DNA from: a virus
Lineage: Duplodnaviria; Heunggongvirae; Uroviricota; Caudoviricetes
IMG/VR virus record: IMGVR_UViG_3300050821_010409
Location: 30,160-94,159 of that record
Direction: 5' to 3' (one strand)
DNA length: 64,000 nucleotides
Under the pieces are notes generated by a model. That model was given only the letters and a program-made list of their open reading frames with translations, did not search any database and had not been told where the DNA came from. Position 1 is the stretch's first letter. The number at the start of each line of letters is the position of its first letter. Both the position numbers and the translations under genes were made by a program. Shown here in pieces: positions 28,289 to 37,884 of the stretch.

Positions 28289-28741
28289 ATGCTGGTAACG
28301 GAAGCCCCGCTGGACGTGGCCCTCGGCGTGCTGTCAGGGGTCCCGGAATTCGACCCCGATGACGGCCCGCATGGCACGTGGGCGCAGTCCGCGCGCACCC
28401 GGCTGGACAGCCATGACCGCCTCATCCTGGTCGCCGGCGAACCGGGGGCGCTGCCCGGCGGCGCGCTCATCGCCTACGACCGGTACCAGGACGGCTCGCT
28501 GTACTGCTGGCTGGCCGGCGTAGTGCCCGCGGCCCGGCGCCAGGGGGCGCTCACCGCGCTGATGACGATCATGAAGGCGCGGGCGGCCGAGCGGGGTTAC
28601 CGGGCCATCCGGATCGGGACCCAGAACCGCTTCGGGGGCATGCTCACGTACCTGGTCAAGGACGGCTACCTCATCACGGAAGTGGTCCCGGCGGCGGATG
28701 CCTGGCGCACCCGGGTCAGCCTCCAGCGCCCGCTGCCGTAG
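28289..28741 (+). CDS. GNAT family N-acetyltransferase
   Basis: Leaderless promoter motif; VVPAARRQGALTALM acetyl-CoA-binding motif A-like segment. Confidence 0.6.
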   Translation: MLVTEAPLDVALGVLSGVPEFDPDDGPHGTWAQSARTRLDSHDRLILVAGEPGALPGGALIAYDRYQDGSLYCWLAGVVPAARRQGALTALMTIMKARAAERGYRAIRIGTQNRFGGMLTYLVKDGYLITEVVPAADAWRTRVSLQRPLP

Positions 28742-28761
28742 TCATACCGTAAGATACCGTC
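28741..28761 (+). promoter_or_regulatory. leaderless promoter motif GTCATACCGTAAGATACCGTC before an ATG
   Basis: Same family as 28266. Confidence 0.45.
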
Positions 28762-29448
28762 ATGGGCATCAGGGTGCACAAGGCATGCGGCTACGGCCTG
28801 AAGCTGGCCGGCACGGACCGCGCCGACTCACGGGTGAACTGGGAGTCACGGCTGTTCCGCTACGAGGGCCTGCCCGCCGCGCAGTACTGGCAGTGGCTGC
28901 AGGCCCTCCCGCGCAGCACGCCTGCACTGCCGTCACTGGACTACATCCTGCTGCACCATGACCAGGACGCGATCACCAGCCGCGACCTGGCAGACTGCGT
29001 GCACGTCCCGGATGAGGCCGGGCTGCCGCTACTGCTGGTAATCCCGCTCGGGTGCAGGCAGTGGTCGCGGTACGACGACGCCCTGGACTGGGCCGAGGAG
29101 ACCTACGACCGCACGCCATCCCAGGGCAACCGGGTGCTCTTCCTGCGCAACGGCATCTTCCCCTTCAATGGCACGTTCATGGACGCGCGCACCGGTGAGC
29201 CCGCGCCCGCGGACACGGCCTTGTGGGCGCGCTTCGCGGCACGCTACGAAGACGGGGATCTCAGCGAGCAGGCCTTGCGCGAGCTGGCGGCCGTGCTGTT
29301 CCCGGACTGGACGCTGGAGGAGGCCCGGATGCGCATCGTGCCCAGCGTGCCCTCGGAAGTCCGTGACCTCTGCGAGTACCTGGAGCTGTTCACCGACCCG
29401 GGCACGTGGCGGGAGCTGCGCCCGGTCATCGCGACCTGGTGGTGCTGA
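28762..29448 (+). CDS. hypothetical protein (228 aa)
   Basis: Leaderless promoter motif directly upstream; native-looking. Confidence 0.5.
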   Translation: MGIRVHKACGYGLKLAGTDRADSRVNWESRLFRYEGLPAAQYWQWLQALPRSTPALPSLDYILLHHDQDAITSRDLADCVHVPDEAGLPLLLVIPLGCRQWSRYDDALDWAEETYDRTPSQGNRVLFLRNGIFPFNGTFMDARTGEPAPADTALWARFAARYEDGDLSEQALRELAAVLFPDWTLEEARMRIVPSVPSEVRDLCEYLELFTDPGTWRELRPVIATWWC

Positions 29449-29771
29449 TGAGCAAGACCAGGCGGGCGGGCTACCGGCCCGTGATCGCCCGTGCTGCGCG
29501 GGAGGGCCGGCAGCCCCGCAGTGGCGCGCGCCTGTGGGAGCGCGTCACCTGCAACGGGTGCGGCCAGCTGGTGATGCACGCGGAGGAGCGCCGGCCCGGT
29601 GGCAGGCTGCGCGGCGCGCTGGTCAGCTTGCCCGGTGACGAGGGGAACCTGGCCCGGGACAGTGAGGGGTACATCGTGCGTGACCCCCGGCGGCAGCTGC
29701 CCGGGGCGCGCTACGCGTGGCACGATTGCCTGTCTCGCCCCTCCTGGCAGCAGCGCAAGGCTGGCGCGTGA
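29448..29771 (+). CDS. hypothetical Cys/His-containing small protein
   Basis: Translationally coupled to the previous gene (TGATG). Confidence 0.4.
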   Translation: MSKTRRAGYRPVIARAAREGRQPRSGARLWERVTCNGCGQLVMHAEERRPGGRLRGALVSLPGDEGNLARDSEGYIVRDPRRQLPGARYAWHDCLSRPSWQQRKAGA

Positions 29772-29943
29772 GGGCGGCACTGGACCCCGATGGCGCGCCC
29801 CGGTGCACGGGCCTCACCTTCACCTTTGAGTGGAAGAAGGGAACCGTCATGCGCGAGGACGGCCGGGGCTGCCCATTGTGGTACCTGGGCACGGATGACT
29901 ACCGCAAGGCCCATGCGGACGCTGACACGAACTGGAGCATGCG

Positions 29944-30138
29944 ATGACACGCGATGATGACCGTGACGTGCTGGCCGCGATCGTCGCCCTGATCGAGGGT
30001 GATGCCCGCACGCTTGCCGGGATGCGGGCGGACGCGCGGGCCGGCCAGCTCACGGCGGAGTCAGCAACGCTGCTGGACGTGCTGGACGCTGCCCAGGCAG
30101 TTCTGGGAACGCACGGCCAGCAGCACAGGCACGGGTGA
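29944..30138 (+). CDS. hypothetical small protein
   Basis: ATGA coupling; native-looking. Confidence 0.4.
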   Translation: MTRDDDRDVLAAIVALIEGDARTLAGMRADARAGQLTAESATLLDVLDAAQAVLGTHGQQHRHG

Positions 30139-30144
30139 GCGGCG

Positions 30145-30336
30145 GTGGTGAACGGCGAGCTGGTCGCGGAGCTCATCCGCGCGCACTACGACGGCGACGA
30201 GGCGCGCTTCAGCGTCCTGGCACGCCAGGCCATCGCATCAGAGGAACTGCACGGCAGCGCGGAAGTGGCGCAGCGGCTGCGTGAGGTAGCCGCTGCGCCA
30301 CTGAAGGGCACAGCCTCCGGTCAGCCGCTCTTGTAG
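30145..30336 (+). CDS. hypothetical small protein
   Basis: Native-looking helical sequence. Confidence 0.35.
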   Translation: MVNGELVAELIRAHYDGDEARFSVLARQAIASEELHGSAEVAQRLREVAAAPLKGTASGQPLL

Positions 30337-30572
30337 TGCTCCCAGTCAAACGGGCCGCCGTGCACGCTGCGCTGCGGCAGCGCGTCATGCCAGAACGCCG
30401 TCCACCCGCCGCCTGCGCGAACGGCCTCCAGGGCGTGACCGGAGGTACCGGGTGGCGGGCTGAGGACGCGGCGCAGCCGTGCCGGGATGAGCCGGTACGC
30501 CATGATGACCGCAACGGGGATGGTCACCGTGGCGAGCCTGCCCATTGCCGTCCTGCCTGACCGCGACTTCAT
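30321..30572 (-). CDS. small membrane protein (84 aa) on the opposite strand
   Basis: Strong RBS GGAAAGGAGG 7 nt before the ATG; TM segment. Confidence 0.5.
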   Translation of the reverse strand: MKSRSGRTAMGRLATVTIPVAVIMAYRLIPARLRRVLSPPPGTSGHALEAVRAGGGWTAFWHDALPQRSVHGGPFDWEHYKSG

Positions 30573-30599
30573 GAGGAAGCCTCCTTTCCGTGCCGCCTC

Positions 30600-30626
30600 G
30601 TGATACTGCATGATACCCTAACCGTC
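30600..30626 (+). promoter_or_regulatory. leaderless promoter motif GTGATACTGCATGATACCCTAACCGTC before an ATG
   Basis: Same family as 28266. Confidence 0.45.
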
Positions 30627-31037
30627 ATGGGACTCGACATCACGCACGACTGCTGGCACGGCGCCTACAGCGCGTTCTCCCGGTGGCGCAACGAGCTGGC
30701 CCGGGTGGCCGGCTACCAGTTCACCACCGGGGAACACGGTCGCCAGTACGTCGCGCTGCCCTGGGAGGACTTCACCAATGCCAACCTGATGGGCGAGTGG
30801 GGCTCCATGCCGGGCGATGACCCGCTGCTGTGGCTCATCGTCCACTCCGACTGCGACGGCGTCCTGCACCCCGAGCAGGGCGCGCTGATCGCGGCCCGGC
30901 TGGAGGAGCTGCTGCCCCAGCTGGACGACATCCACGCCATCGGGCACATCTCCCCGTCGATGCGGGCCAAGACGCAGGCATTCATCAACGGGCTGCGGGC
31001 CGCGGCGGAAGCAGGCGAGGACGTTGAGTTCTGCTGA
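30627..31037 (+). CDS. hypothetical protein (136 aa)
   Basis: Leaderless promoter motif (GATACTGCATGATACC..GTCATG). Confidence 0.5.
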   Translation: MGLDITHDCWHGAYSAFSRWRNELARVAGYQFTTGEHGRQYVALPWEDFTNANLMGEWGSMPGDDPLLWLIVHSDCDGVLHPEQGALIAARLEELLPQLDDIHAIGHISPSMRAKTQAFINGLRAAAEAGEDVEFC

Positions 31038-31229
31038 GGCACTGAGTTCTGCTGAAGGCTCCGGCCGCATCACGATCGTCGTGGAGCTGCCCGCCACGCC
31101 GGAAGCGAACTGGGTACTGGACGCCGGGCAGCACCGCTACGGCCTGCGGGTGTGCAACGATGTCACGTGCGTGACGGCCATCAGCTGGCGGCGGCTGGAC
31201 GGCACGCCAGGCGGCACGGAGCAGCCGTC

Positions 31230-31517
31230 ATGACGACCCGGAAAGCCGCGCGCCCGGCAAGCGGCCAGCCACGCTACGGGCTGCGGTGGCGGCTGCGGGA
31301 CATGACCTGGACCGTGGCGTTCACCATCCGGCACCGCCCGCTGCGCTACTGGGGCCTGGGCCTGCTGGCTTCGGCTGCGGTCACGACCGCGGTTGCCGTC
31401 GATGCCCCGGATGCCTTCACGGTGACGCTGCCCTTGGTGATGCTGGTCCTCGCAGGCGCCTTGCTGCTCCTGGACGACGTGCTCCATCCCCGGCTGAAGG
31501 CCAGCCGCCATGAGTAA
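31230..31517 (+). CDS. small membrane protein
   Basis: ATGA coupling; two hydrophobic segments. Confidence 0.4.
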   Translation: MTTRKAARPASGQPRYGLRWRLRDMTWTVAFTIRHRPLRYWGLGLLASAAVTTAVAVDAPDAFTVTLPLVMLVLAGALLLLDDVLHPRLKASRHE

Positions 31518-31528
31518 CGGTCGCATCT

Positions 31529-31556
31529 TCGCATACTCCGTGATACTGTAGGACTC
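31529..31556 (+). promoter_or_regulatory. leaderless promoter motif CATACTCCGTGATACTGTAGGACTC before an ATG
   Basis: Same family; -10-like TACTGT. Confidence 0.45.
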
Positions 31557-32486
31557 ATGCCAGGAACCTTCTTGTGGGCGATCATCCTCGCGGTCATCGT
31601 CGCCCTCCTCGTGCTGTACACCCGGCTCATCCGCAGCCGCGCGCAAGCGGACAGGGACGTCCGGGACGCTCGCACCGTGGCCCGCATCGCAGCGGCCGTG
31701 CTGGGCGCCACCGCCATCATCCTGGTCCTGGTGAGCAGCTGGAACCCGGTCGGCACTCGCGACATCGGCATCGTCACCAGCTTCGGGCAGCCTACCGGCC
31801 ACCTGTCCCCTGGCCCGAACTTCACCGCCCCCTGGGACCAGGTCACGTCCATGGACGAGGCCGTCCAGGTCACCGACGTGGTGATGACGGTGAAGATCGC
31901 CGGCCAGCAGATCGCCAGGGCCCCGGTGGCGATCCGGTGGAAGATCGTGGCCAGTGCCTCTGACGACATTTTCCAGAACTACCGCAACTCCACCTCCGGC
32001 GTGGAGAACGCGCTGCTGCTGCCGGAGCTGAACCGGGCCATGAATACCGTCTATGACGGCTATGACCCGATCGCGCCGCTGGCCACCGGGGCGCCTGCCG
32101 GGTCGCCGTCCAACCCGACCACCGCCCAGCTGGCCGCCCAGGTGCAGGCCCTGCTGGAGGGCAAGGTCGGCTCGGACATCCAGGTGATCACGCTGGTCAT
32201 CCAGCCCCTGCAGTACAGCGGCACCGTGCAGGACCGGATTAACTCCGTGCTCGCGCAGGTCGCCAAGACCGACGTGGCCAAGCAGTCCCAGCTGACGGCG
32301 CAGGCGCAAGCGCAGGCCAACCAGGACCTGCAGAAGTCACTGGCCGGCAATCCCCTGGCGCTGGTCCAGCAGTGCATGAACGCCCTCGCCGACGGCGCGT
32401 TCACGCCGCCAGCGGGGTTCTCCTGCTGGCCGGGCGCCGGGTCCGGCGTCGTCATCCCGTCAGCCAGCGCTGCAGGTACGAAGTAA
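31557..32486 (+). CDS. SPFH/band-7 (prohibitin/HflC-like) membrane protein
   Basis: N-terminal TM, then an SPFH-like core (..DIGIVTSFGQ..PG.NF..PW..V..D..Q..DV.MTVKIAG) and a C-terminal coiled-coil AQAQAQANQDL. Confidence 0.6.
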   Translation: MPGTFLWAIILAVIVALLVLYTRLIRSRAQADRDVRDARTVARIAAAVLGATAIILVLVSSWNPVGTRDIGIVTSFGQPTGHLSPGPNFTAPWDQVTSMDEAVQVTDVVMTVKIAGQQIARAPVAIRWKIVASASDDIFQNYRNSTSGVENALLLPELNRAMNTVYDGYDPIAPLATGAPAGSPSNPTTAQLAAQVQALLEGKVGSDIQVITLVIQPLQYSGTVQDRINSVLAQVAKTDVAKQSQLTAQAQAQANQDLQKSLAGNPLALVQQCMNALADGAFTPPAGFSCWPGAGSGVVIPSASAAGTK

Positions 32487-32512
32487 GCACCATCCACGGA
32501 AAGGACACCACC

Positions 32513-32773
32513 ATGTACGGGCAAGGGCACTACTACTGCGCGAGCTGTGGGCACGCCGTCTACGCGAGCCGGGGCGGCTGCGGGACGTGCATGACGCCAC
32601 TGGGCAGCCTGCTGCTGCTGGACGTGGCGCTGGACCGCGGTTACGTGGCACCGGGCATCGGCTTCGACCCGTTCGACGGGGAGATAGCCTTTGACATCCC
32701 CGGCACCCCGTTCGCGATCGAGCCGGACGGCCAGCTGGACGCAGACTTCGGCGGCTTCGACATCCCGCTGTAG
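32513..32773 (+). CDS. zinc-ribbon small protein
   Basis: RBS GGAAAGGA; CASCGH..C..C. Confidence 0.45.
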   Translation: MYGQGHYYCASCGHAVYASRGGCGTCMTPLGSLLLLDVALDRGYVAPGIGFDPFDGEIAFDIPGTPFAIEPDGQLDADFGGFDIPL

Positions 32774-32793
32774 GCAGAAGGGAAGGGGCGAGC

Positions 32794-33021
32794 ATGGACG
32801 GGCTGGTGATCACGTGCCGTGGGTGCGGGGGAACGGGCACGTGGCTAGTGCAGGTCTTCGGCCAGCTGATGGCGTACGGCCCCCGGTGGGCATGCGCGGC
32901 GTGCATAGACCAGGTGGGCCGGGAACTGCTGGCGGAGGCCATGGAGCGGCAGAAGTCACCGGCGCCGCCGCCCTGGCCCGTGATGACCCTCGGCTGGGCC
33001 GGGAAGGTGAGTGAGCTGTGA
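32794..33021 (+). CDS. zinc-ribbon small protein
   Basis: RBS GAAGGGAAGGGG; CRGCGG..CAAC. Confidence 0.45.
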   Translation: MDGLVITCRGCGGTGTWLVQVFGQLMAYGPRWACAACIDQVGRELLAEAMERQKSPAPPPWPVMTLGWAGKVSEL

Positions 33022-33169
33022 GCATCCGGCTGTGGCCACGCACGCGCAAGCCCCGGCCGCGCCCGCACGGGCCCCTGTGCCGGGAATGGCACCGCGGCAG
33101 CAGCACCGCCGCGCTGCTGACCTGGGGCGACTGCGCGCATGACTCCTGCTGGGCCATCGCCATCGGCAG

Positions 33170-33817
33170 GTGCGCGTGAGCACGCACGGCACGTGGCAGC
33201 ACCGGCCCTGGCCGGTCATCCAGGCCCCGTTCACCCCGGGCCAGGTCGCCGCGCTGAACGCCTACCAGGGCGGCGCCGGGCACCCGTTCACGTGCGGCAA
33301 CGACAACTGCCGGGGGCGGGCGCGAGGCCGCGGCGGACGGCTGGCCCTGATCGCGGGAGCGGACGGCTGGCATTGCGCAGCGTGCGATTACACGCAGGAC
33401 TGGGCGCATGCGTTCATGGCGGCGCCCGCCCTGGAAGGTGCCGGCGAGGGCTTGCGGAATGAGGTGCAGCGGTTCCTGACCCCGGAAGGCCGTCAGGCCG
33501 TAGACGAGCTGTTCGCGAAGCCGGATGAGGAACCGGTCCGGCAGCACCAACCCTGGTGCGGGGACGCGTCGCTGAGCCGGCCCGCTGATGAGTGCACCTG
33601 CGCCTTCACGCCGCAGGAGCAGCGTGCCGCCAGCGAGGTCCTCTATTACCCGCCACTGCCCCGTCGCGGCGACGCCGTGGAAGCGTGGCTGCTGCGGTGG
33701 CGCGACGAGATGGACCCAGGCAGTGAGGCGATGAGCATCCTAGACGGCATGCTGGATGACTACCGGCTGCACGCCGACACCGGCACGCCCCTGAACGAGG
33801 AGGTGCACGAGCGGTGA
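33170..33817 (+). CDS. hypothetical Cys-rich protein (215 aa)
   Basis: Coupled GTG start; several CxxC motifs. Confidence 0.45.
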   Translation: MRVSTHGTWQHRPWPVIQAPFTPGQVAALNAYQGGAGHPFTCGNDNCRGRARGRGGRLALIAGADGWHCAACDYTQDWAHAFMAAPALEGAGEGLRNEVQRFLTPEGRQAVDELFAKPDEEPVRQHQPWCGDASLSRPADECTCAFTPQEQRAASEVLYYPPLPRRGDAVEAWLLRWRDEMDPGSEAMSILDGMLDDYRLHADTGTPLNEEVHER

Positions 33818-34059
33818 GCCGTGACGATGACGAGCTGCTGCCCGAGATGGTGGCGAAGGTGCAGAAGGCGCTGGACGACGGGGTGTTCCTGCACCACGCC
33901 CAGAGCCAGCACCGCAATCCCGTCGACCGCATCACCTGGCGCCCCGGCCTGGAGAACGAGCTGGCCCGGGTCATCATCGCGCACTGCGCGCACGCCATGA
34001 CGCTGGAGCTGGACGGCCACCGGTTCGCCATCGCGCCCCAGCGGGAGGGACCGCAATGA
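33814..34059 (+). CDS. hypothetical protein
   Basis: GTGA coupling. Confidence 0.45.
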   Translation: MSRDDDELLPEMVAKVQKALDDGVFLHHAQSQHRNPVDRITWRPGLENELARVIIAHCAHAMTLELDGHRFAIAPQREGPQ

Positions 34060-34421
34060 CCGTGCTCACCCTTACCCGGGTCACCCAGACCAGCATTGCC
34101 TGCCCAGCTCAGTGGGACGCCTGGGACGAGGCAGGCAACTACTACTACCTGCGCTACCGGCACGGTTACGGCGCCGTGCGGCAGTACGCCACCCCGGACT
34201 GGGTCACCGCTGACGAGGACCAGCTCATCCGGCACGTCGCCAGCTTCGAGCACGGCGATGGCCTGGACGGCAGCATCAGCCTGGAGGAGTTCTGCGCGCG
34301 CGCCGGGATCGCGCTGGCCCCGGACGTGGTGCGCACCGGCTTCGGTGATCACCTGCGTGATGAGCTGGTCACCGAGCATGGCTGGACGTTCCTGCTGAAG
34401 GGCCAGGAGGCCGGGTCATGA
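34056..34421 (+). CDS. hypothetical protein
   Basis: ATGA coupling; native-looking. Confidence 0.5.
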   Translation: MTVLTLTRVTQTSIACPAQWDAWDEAGNYYYLRYRHGYGAVRQYATPDWVTADEDQLIRHVASFEHGDGLDGSISLEEFCARAGIALAPDVVRTGFGDHLRDELVTEHGWTFLLKGQEAGS

Positions 34422-34938
34422 TGGCAGGCGAGGAAGCGGGGCAGGAGTGAAGTACCTGCGGGCGCTGCGCATGGTGCTGGCAGCCGTCCGGGATCACCAG
34501 CGCCGCACGATCAGCGACGATGAGCTGAAGGCGCGCATTAACGAAGCCCGGGCGATGATTGGCAGGAAGGCGCTCGGCGTGGGCAAGGAAGCAGGCGACG
34601 CACGATGACCCTCCCGCTGGATGATGACGCAGGCCGGGAGCTGGCCCTGATCGCGGCAGAGCTGAGCGCCGGGCTCATTGACGAGCCGGAAGCGTACCAG
34701 CGGTGCCTGGATGCTGGCTGCACCCCGCATGGCGCGCGCGTGCACGTCGCATCCTGGGTCGGCCAGGAGGCCGGGTCATGACGCTGAGCCGTGACGCGAC
34801 GACCGCACTGGAGCAGGGCTGGCGCGTGCTGGCGCACCAGGTCATGCAAGACGACCCCGAGCGCCGCGGCCGGGTCATCCGGGCACTGGCGCTCAGGGCA
34901 GGGCGCCTGGCCGCGCAAGGCCGGGAAGCCGGGGGCGC

Positions 34939-35412
34939 GTGATGCTGGCGCTCTCGTTCACCGCCTCCCGGCAGGGCTTCAATCCGCCGCCGGCCATCGC
35001 GCTGGGCATGCTGGCCGGACTGCCCCCTGCGAGCCGGTACGTCACCGGCGCGTGCCGGGGCGGTGACGCGTTCCTCGGCCGCTGGCTGCTGGCGAACCAC
35101 CCAGGCGCGGAGCACATCGTGATCGTGCCCGCCGACCGCAGCCGGGTGGATGCCTGGTGGCTGGACCCGGCACTGCCGCGCGCGAAAGTGACCGTCTTCG
35201 CGATGCCCCCGGGCACTGCCTACAAGGACCGCAACGCGATGCTGGTGAAGCGGGCTGACCAGGTCACGGGCTTCCCGGCGTTCCCCGAGGACGACCCGCG
35301 CTCGGCGCGCAGCGGCACCTGGCAGGCGATCCGGATGGCGCGGGCGGCCGGGAAGCTGCTGCAGTGGCAGTGCGTCCTGCCGCCGTACCCGGCAGGAGGA
35401 CCGCAGGCATGA
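34939..35412 (+). CDS. hypothetical protein (possible nucleotide-binding Rossmann-like fold)
   Basis: VTGACRGGD..IVIVPADRS segment. Confidence 0.4.
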   Translation: MMLALSFTASRQGFNPPPAIALGMLAGLPPASRYVTGACRGGDAFLGRWLLANHPGAEHIVIVPADRSRVDAWWLDPALPRAKVTVFAMPPGTAYKDRNAMLVKRADQVTGFPAFPEDDPRSARSGTWQAIRMARAAGKLLQWQCVLPPYPAGGPQA

Positions 35413-35570
35413 ACGGCCGACTGGCCCATGACCGGCGCACTGCCGTGGACTGGCGCGCCAGGTTCAGGCTGGCAGTGCCTGCGCAGGGGCAAGAGAACTG
35501 CGACGATGAACTGACCCAGTACTGGACCGCGCTGAAGGGCGCCTACCGCGTGCCGGCGAGGCTGCCGTGA
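35409..35570 (+). CDS. 53-aa coupled ORF that contains solitary repeat S5 in frame (..LAVPAQGQENCDDELTQYW..)
   Basis: ATGA overlap upstream and GTGA overlap downstream. Confidence 0.3.
   Translation: MNGRLAHDRRTAVDWRARFRLAVPAQGQENCDDELTQYWTALKGAYRVPARLP
35469..35504 (+). repeat. solitary CRISPR repeat unit S5 (34/36)
   Basis: Same variant as S4, with 47-bp identity including ccaggttcagg upstream. Confidence 0.9.
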
Positions 35571-36193
35571 GCGAAGCTGAGGATGGCATCGCCGTGGACG
35601 GGCGCGCGATGGACGCGCTGGCGCTGGCCTTCGCGCAGTGCCGGGAGCTGGGCATCGAGGTGACGCCACTGCTGCCGCTGGGCACGCCCGGCTGCCAGCG
35701 GGCGGCGGCGGCCTGGCTCGGGCGGCTGGTCACCCGGGCGCGCGAGGACCAGGAGCGGCGGCCGTGAGCGAGAAGGTGAGCTTCCGGGTGACGACGCACT
35801 GGAAGCGCCCGCGCGGCGAGCCGGGCCTGACCCAGCTGGCCAGCGCCCGGCTGAGCCTGGGCGAGGCCCTGGACTGGGTGCTGTGCGAGCTGCCGGAAAA
35901 CGCGGTCACGATGGACGGCGGCCCGGAGCAGGTGACGATCACCATCGACTGGTCGCAGGTGCCCGCCGGGATCCGGGACGGCACGCGGTGACGCCGGCCT
36001 GGCGACCGGACCGCTGCAACGCCGCCCTGCAGCCCCGGATCATGTCGGGCGCGATACCGGACCCGTTCCCCCGGTGCGGGCGCCCCCTGGGCCATCGCGG
36101 GCAGTGCGTGTCGGCAGCAGCCCTGGCCCGCCGCGCGCTCAAGCGCTCCCTGACCGAGCGCCGGGACCGTGCCAGGAAGAAGGAGGAAAAGCC

Positions 36194-36667
36194 GTGAGCG
36201 CTCCATGCGAGCACCCGGACGGCTGCCAGGCCCGCGCCATCTGGCGGGTGGCTGTGGGCAGCCGCAGCAGTGACGCCCAGCTGAGCTGCCGTCGGCACAT
36301 GAGCCAGGCGTGCCAGGCGATGGCGGAAGCGGAATTCCCGCGCGCGGCCGTCGTGCTGTCGGTGATGGCCGTGCGCCAGGGCGATGAGGGCCGGTGCGTG
36401 ACCGGGACCGCGCCCCGTGGCCGGGCGGTGACGACGGAGCAGAAGCAGGCCGTGCTCGCGCTGGTCCTGGAAGCCTGGCAGGCGCAGCCCCGGCAGCGGC
36501 TCGGCCAGCTGCTGGCCAGCTGGGCCTGTGCCACCTGGGCCGCCGGGGACAGCGGCATTGCCGGGTCACGCAGCGCACTGGACGGCCTGCAGTTCACTGA
36601 GGACGGGGACCTGGCGCATGGCCTGCTGCTCTGGGTCACGCGCAACAAGGCCGGGGAGCAGCCGTGA
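36194..36667 (+). CDS. hypothetical Cys-rich protein
   Basis: GTGA coupling. Confidence 0.4.
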   Translation: MSAPCEHPDGCQARAIWRVAVGSRSSDAQLSCRRHMSQACQAMAEAEFPRAAVVLSVMAVRQGDEGRCVTGTAPRGRAVTTEQKQAVLALVLEAWQAQPRQRLGQLLASWACATWAAGDSGIAGSRSALDGLQFTEDGDLAHGLLLWVTRNKAGEQP

Positions 36668-37056
36668 AGGTCACCAAGGAGGAATGGGCCACCGCGCGCC
36701 GGATGTGGCCCTGCGACGAGGACGCTGACTTCAGCGTGACCATAACCATGCCTGCGCAGGGGCAAGAGGACTGCGACACCGTGACCGCGCCTGTCGTGGA
36801 CGGCACGTCATGGCTTGTGCTGTCGTGTTCCGTGCACGGTCGCGTGATGGCCGCCAGCACGTCCTGGGAGCTGGGCGCCCTGCTCACCGCGGCCGAGCGG
36901 CACTACGTGCTGCGGCACCTGCGCCCGCGGTCAGTGAAGGCCGCCACGGGCACCGGGCAGGCAGCCGTCCCGTGCGGGACGTGCCCGTCCTGCCAGGCGC
37001 CGTACTGGATGCCGCACCACGCCGACTGCAGGAAAGCAGGCCATCATGATCAGTGA
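36664..37056 (+). CDS. hypothetical Cys-rich protein with solitary repeat S6 in frame (..TMPAQGQEDCDT..)
   Basis: GTGA coupling. Confidence 0.4.
   Translation: MKVTKEEWATARRMWPCDEDADFSVTITMPAQGQEDCDTVTAPVVDGTSWLVLSCSVHGRVMAASTSWELGALLTAAERHYVLRHLRPRSVKAATGTGQAAVPCGTCPSCQAPYWMPHHADCRKAGHHDQ
36742..36777 (+). repeat. solitary CRISPR repeat unit S6 (30/36)
   Basis: ataaccatgcctgcgcaggggcaagaggactgcgac. Confidence 0.8.
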
Positions 37057-37278
37057 CGAAGCGGGCCGGGCGCTGTCGCTCATCAGCGGCATCGGCCTGG
37101 TCAAGGACGCCAGCGCGTTCAGCTGGCGCTCGGCGCTGGCACGGCTGGTGCTGGAGCTGGACGAGGCCGGGAACAGCGACGGCGTGGCCCTGGCCGGGCC
37201 GGTGCTGGAGCGGCTGCGGGACTCGCTGCCGGATGCAGCGGCGGGCACCCGCGAGGAACAACGGGAAGGAGGGGCGCC

Positions 37279-37884
37279 ATGAGCTGGACTGTGCCCGGCG
37301 GCGGCGCGGGCAGCGGCCTGTGGCCGGCCGGGCGATCGGCGACCATGACGCGGCCGGTGACGCCTGATGATGACCGGGAGGTGCTGCCTGCCCGGGTGGC
37401 GGGCGATGGCCCGCTGGCTGGCAGTGAGCCCGTGGCCGTGCTGGGCTGCGACCCGGGCACGTGCACCGGGATGGCGTTCCTGCCCCCGCACGGGCCGCTG
37501 ACAGCCTTCCAGTGCAGCGGGCACGCGGCGGCCTGGCTGGCGCGGCAGCTGCTGGAGGCCAGTGAGGGAGCCCGGGTCATCGCGGCCGGCGAGGCGTTCG
37601 TCCCCGGCCCCGGCACCGGGCGCGATGCCACCGTCACCCGGCAGGTGATCACGAGCCTGGACGGCGTGGCGCGCTGGCACTGGCGCCCGGCGGGCGAGGT
37701 GAAGGCCTGGGCGACGGATGAGCGGCTGCGCATCGCCGGGATGCTGGCGCTGACGGCCAAGATGCCGCGGGACGCCCGGGACGCGTGCCGGCACCTGCTG
37801 TTCTGCGCCGTGCATGACTGCGGGATGCCGGACCCGCTGGCGCGCGGCGCGGTGGCCTGGTGGAAGGACCGGGCGCGGTCATGA
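37279..37884 (+). CDS. RuvC-like Holliday junction resolvase
   Basis: VLGCDPGTCTGMAFL matches the RuvC N-terminal motif (ILGIDPG..G.A); the start may be the internal ATG at 37345. Confidence 0.5.
   Translation: MSWTVPGGGAGSGLWPAGRSATMTRPVTPDDDREVLPARVAGDGPLAGSEPVAVLGCDPGTCTGMAFLPPHGPLTAFQCSGHAAAWLARQLLEASEGARVIAAGEAFVPGPGTGRDATVTRQVITSLDGVARWHWRPAGEVKAWATDERLRIAGMLALTAKMPRDARDACRHLLFCAVHDCGMPDPLARGAVAWWKDRARS

Noticed and set aside
34401-34782. 21-bp direct repeat GGCCAGGAGGCCGGGTCATGA at two gene junctions (34401 and 34762).
   Set aside because: Probably just a duplicated RBS-plus-ATGA coupling junction (both upstream proteins end GQEAGS*). Noted but too short to argue a function.
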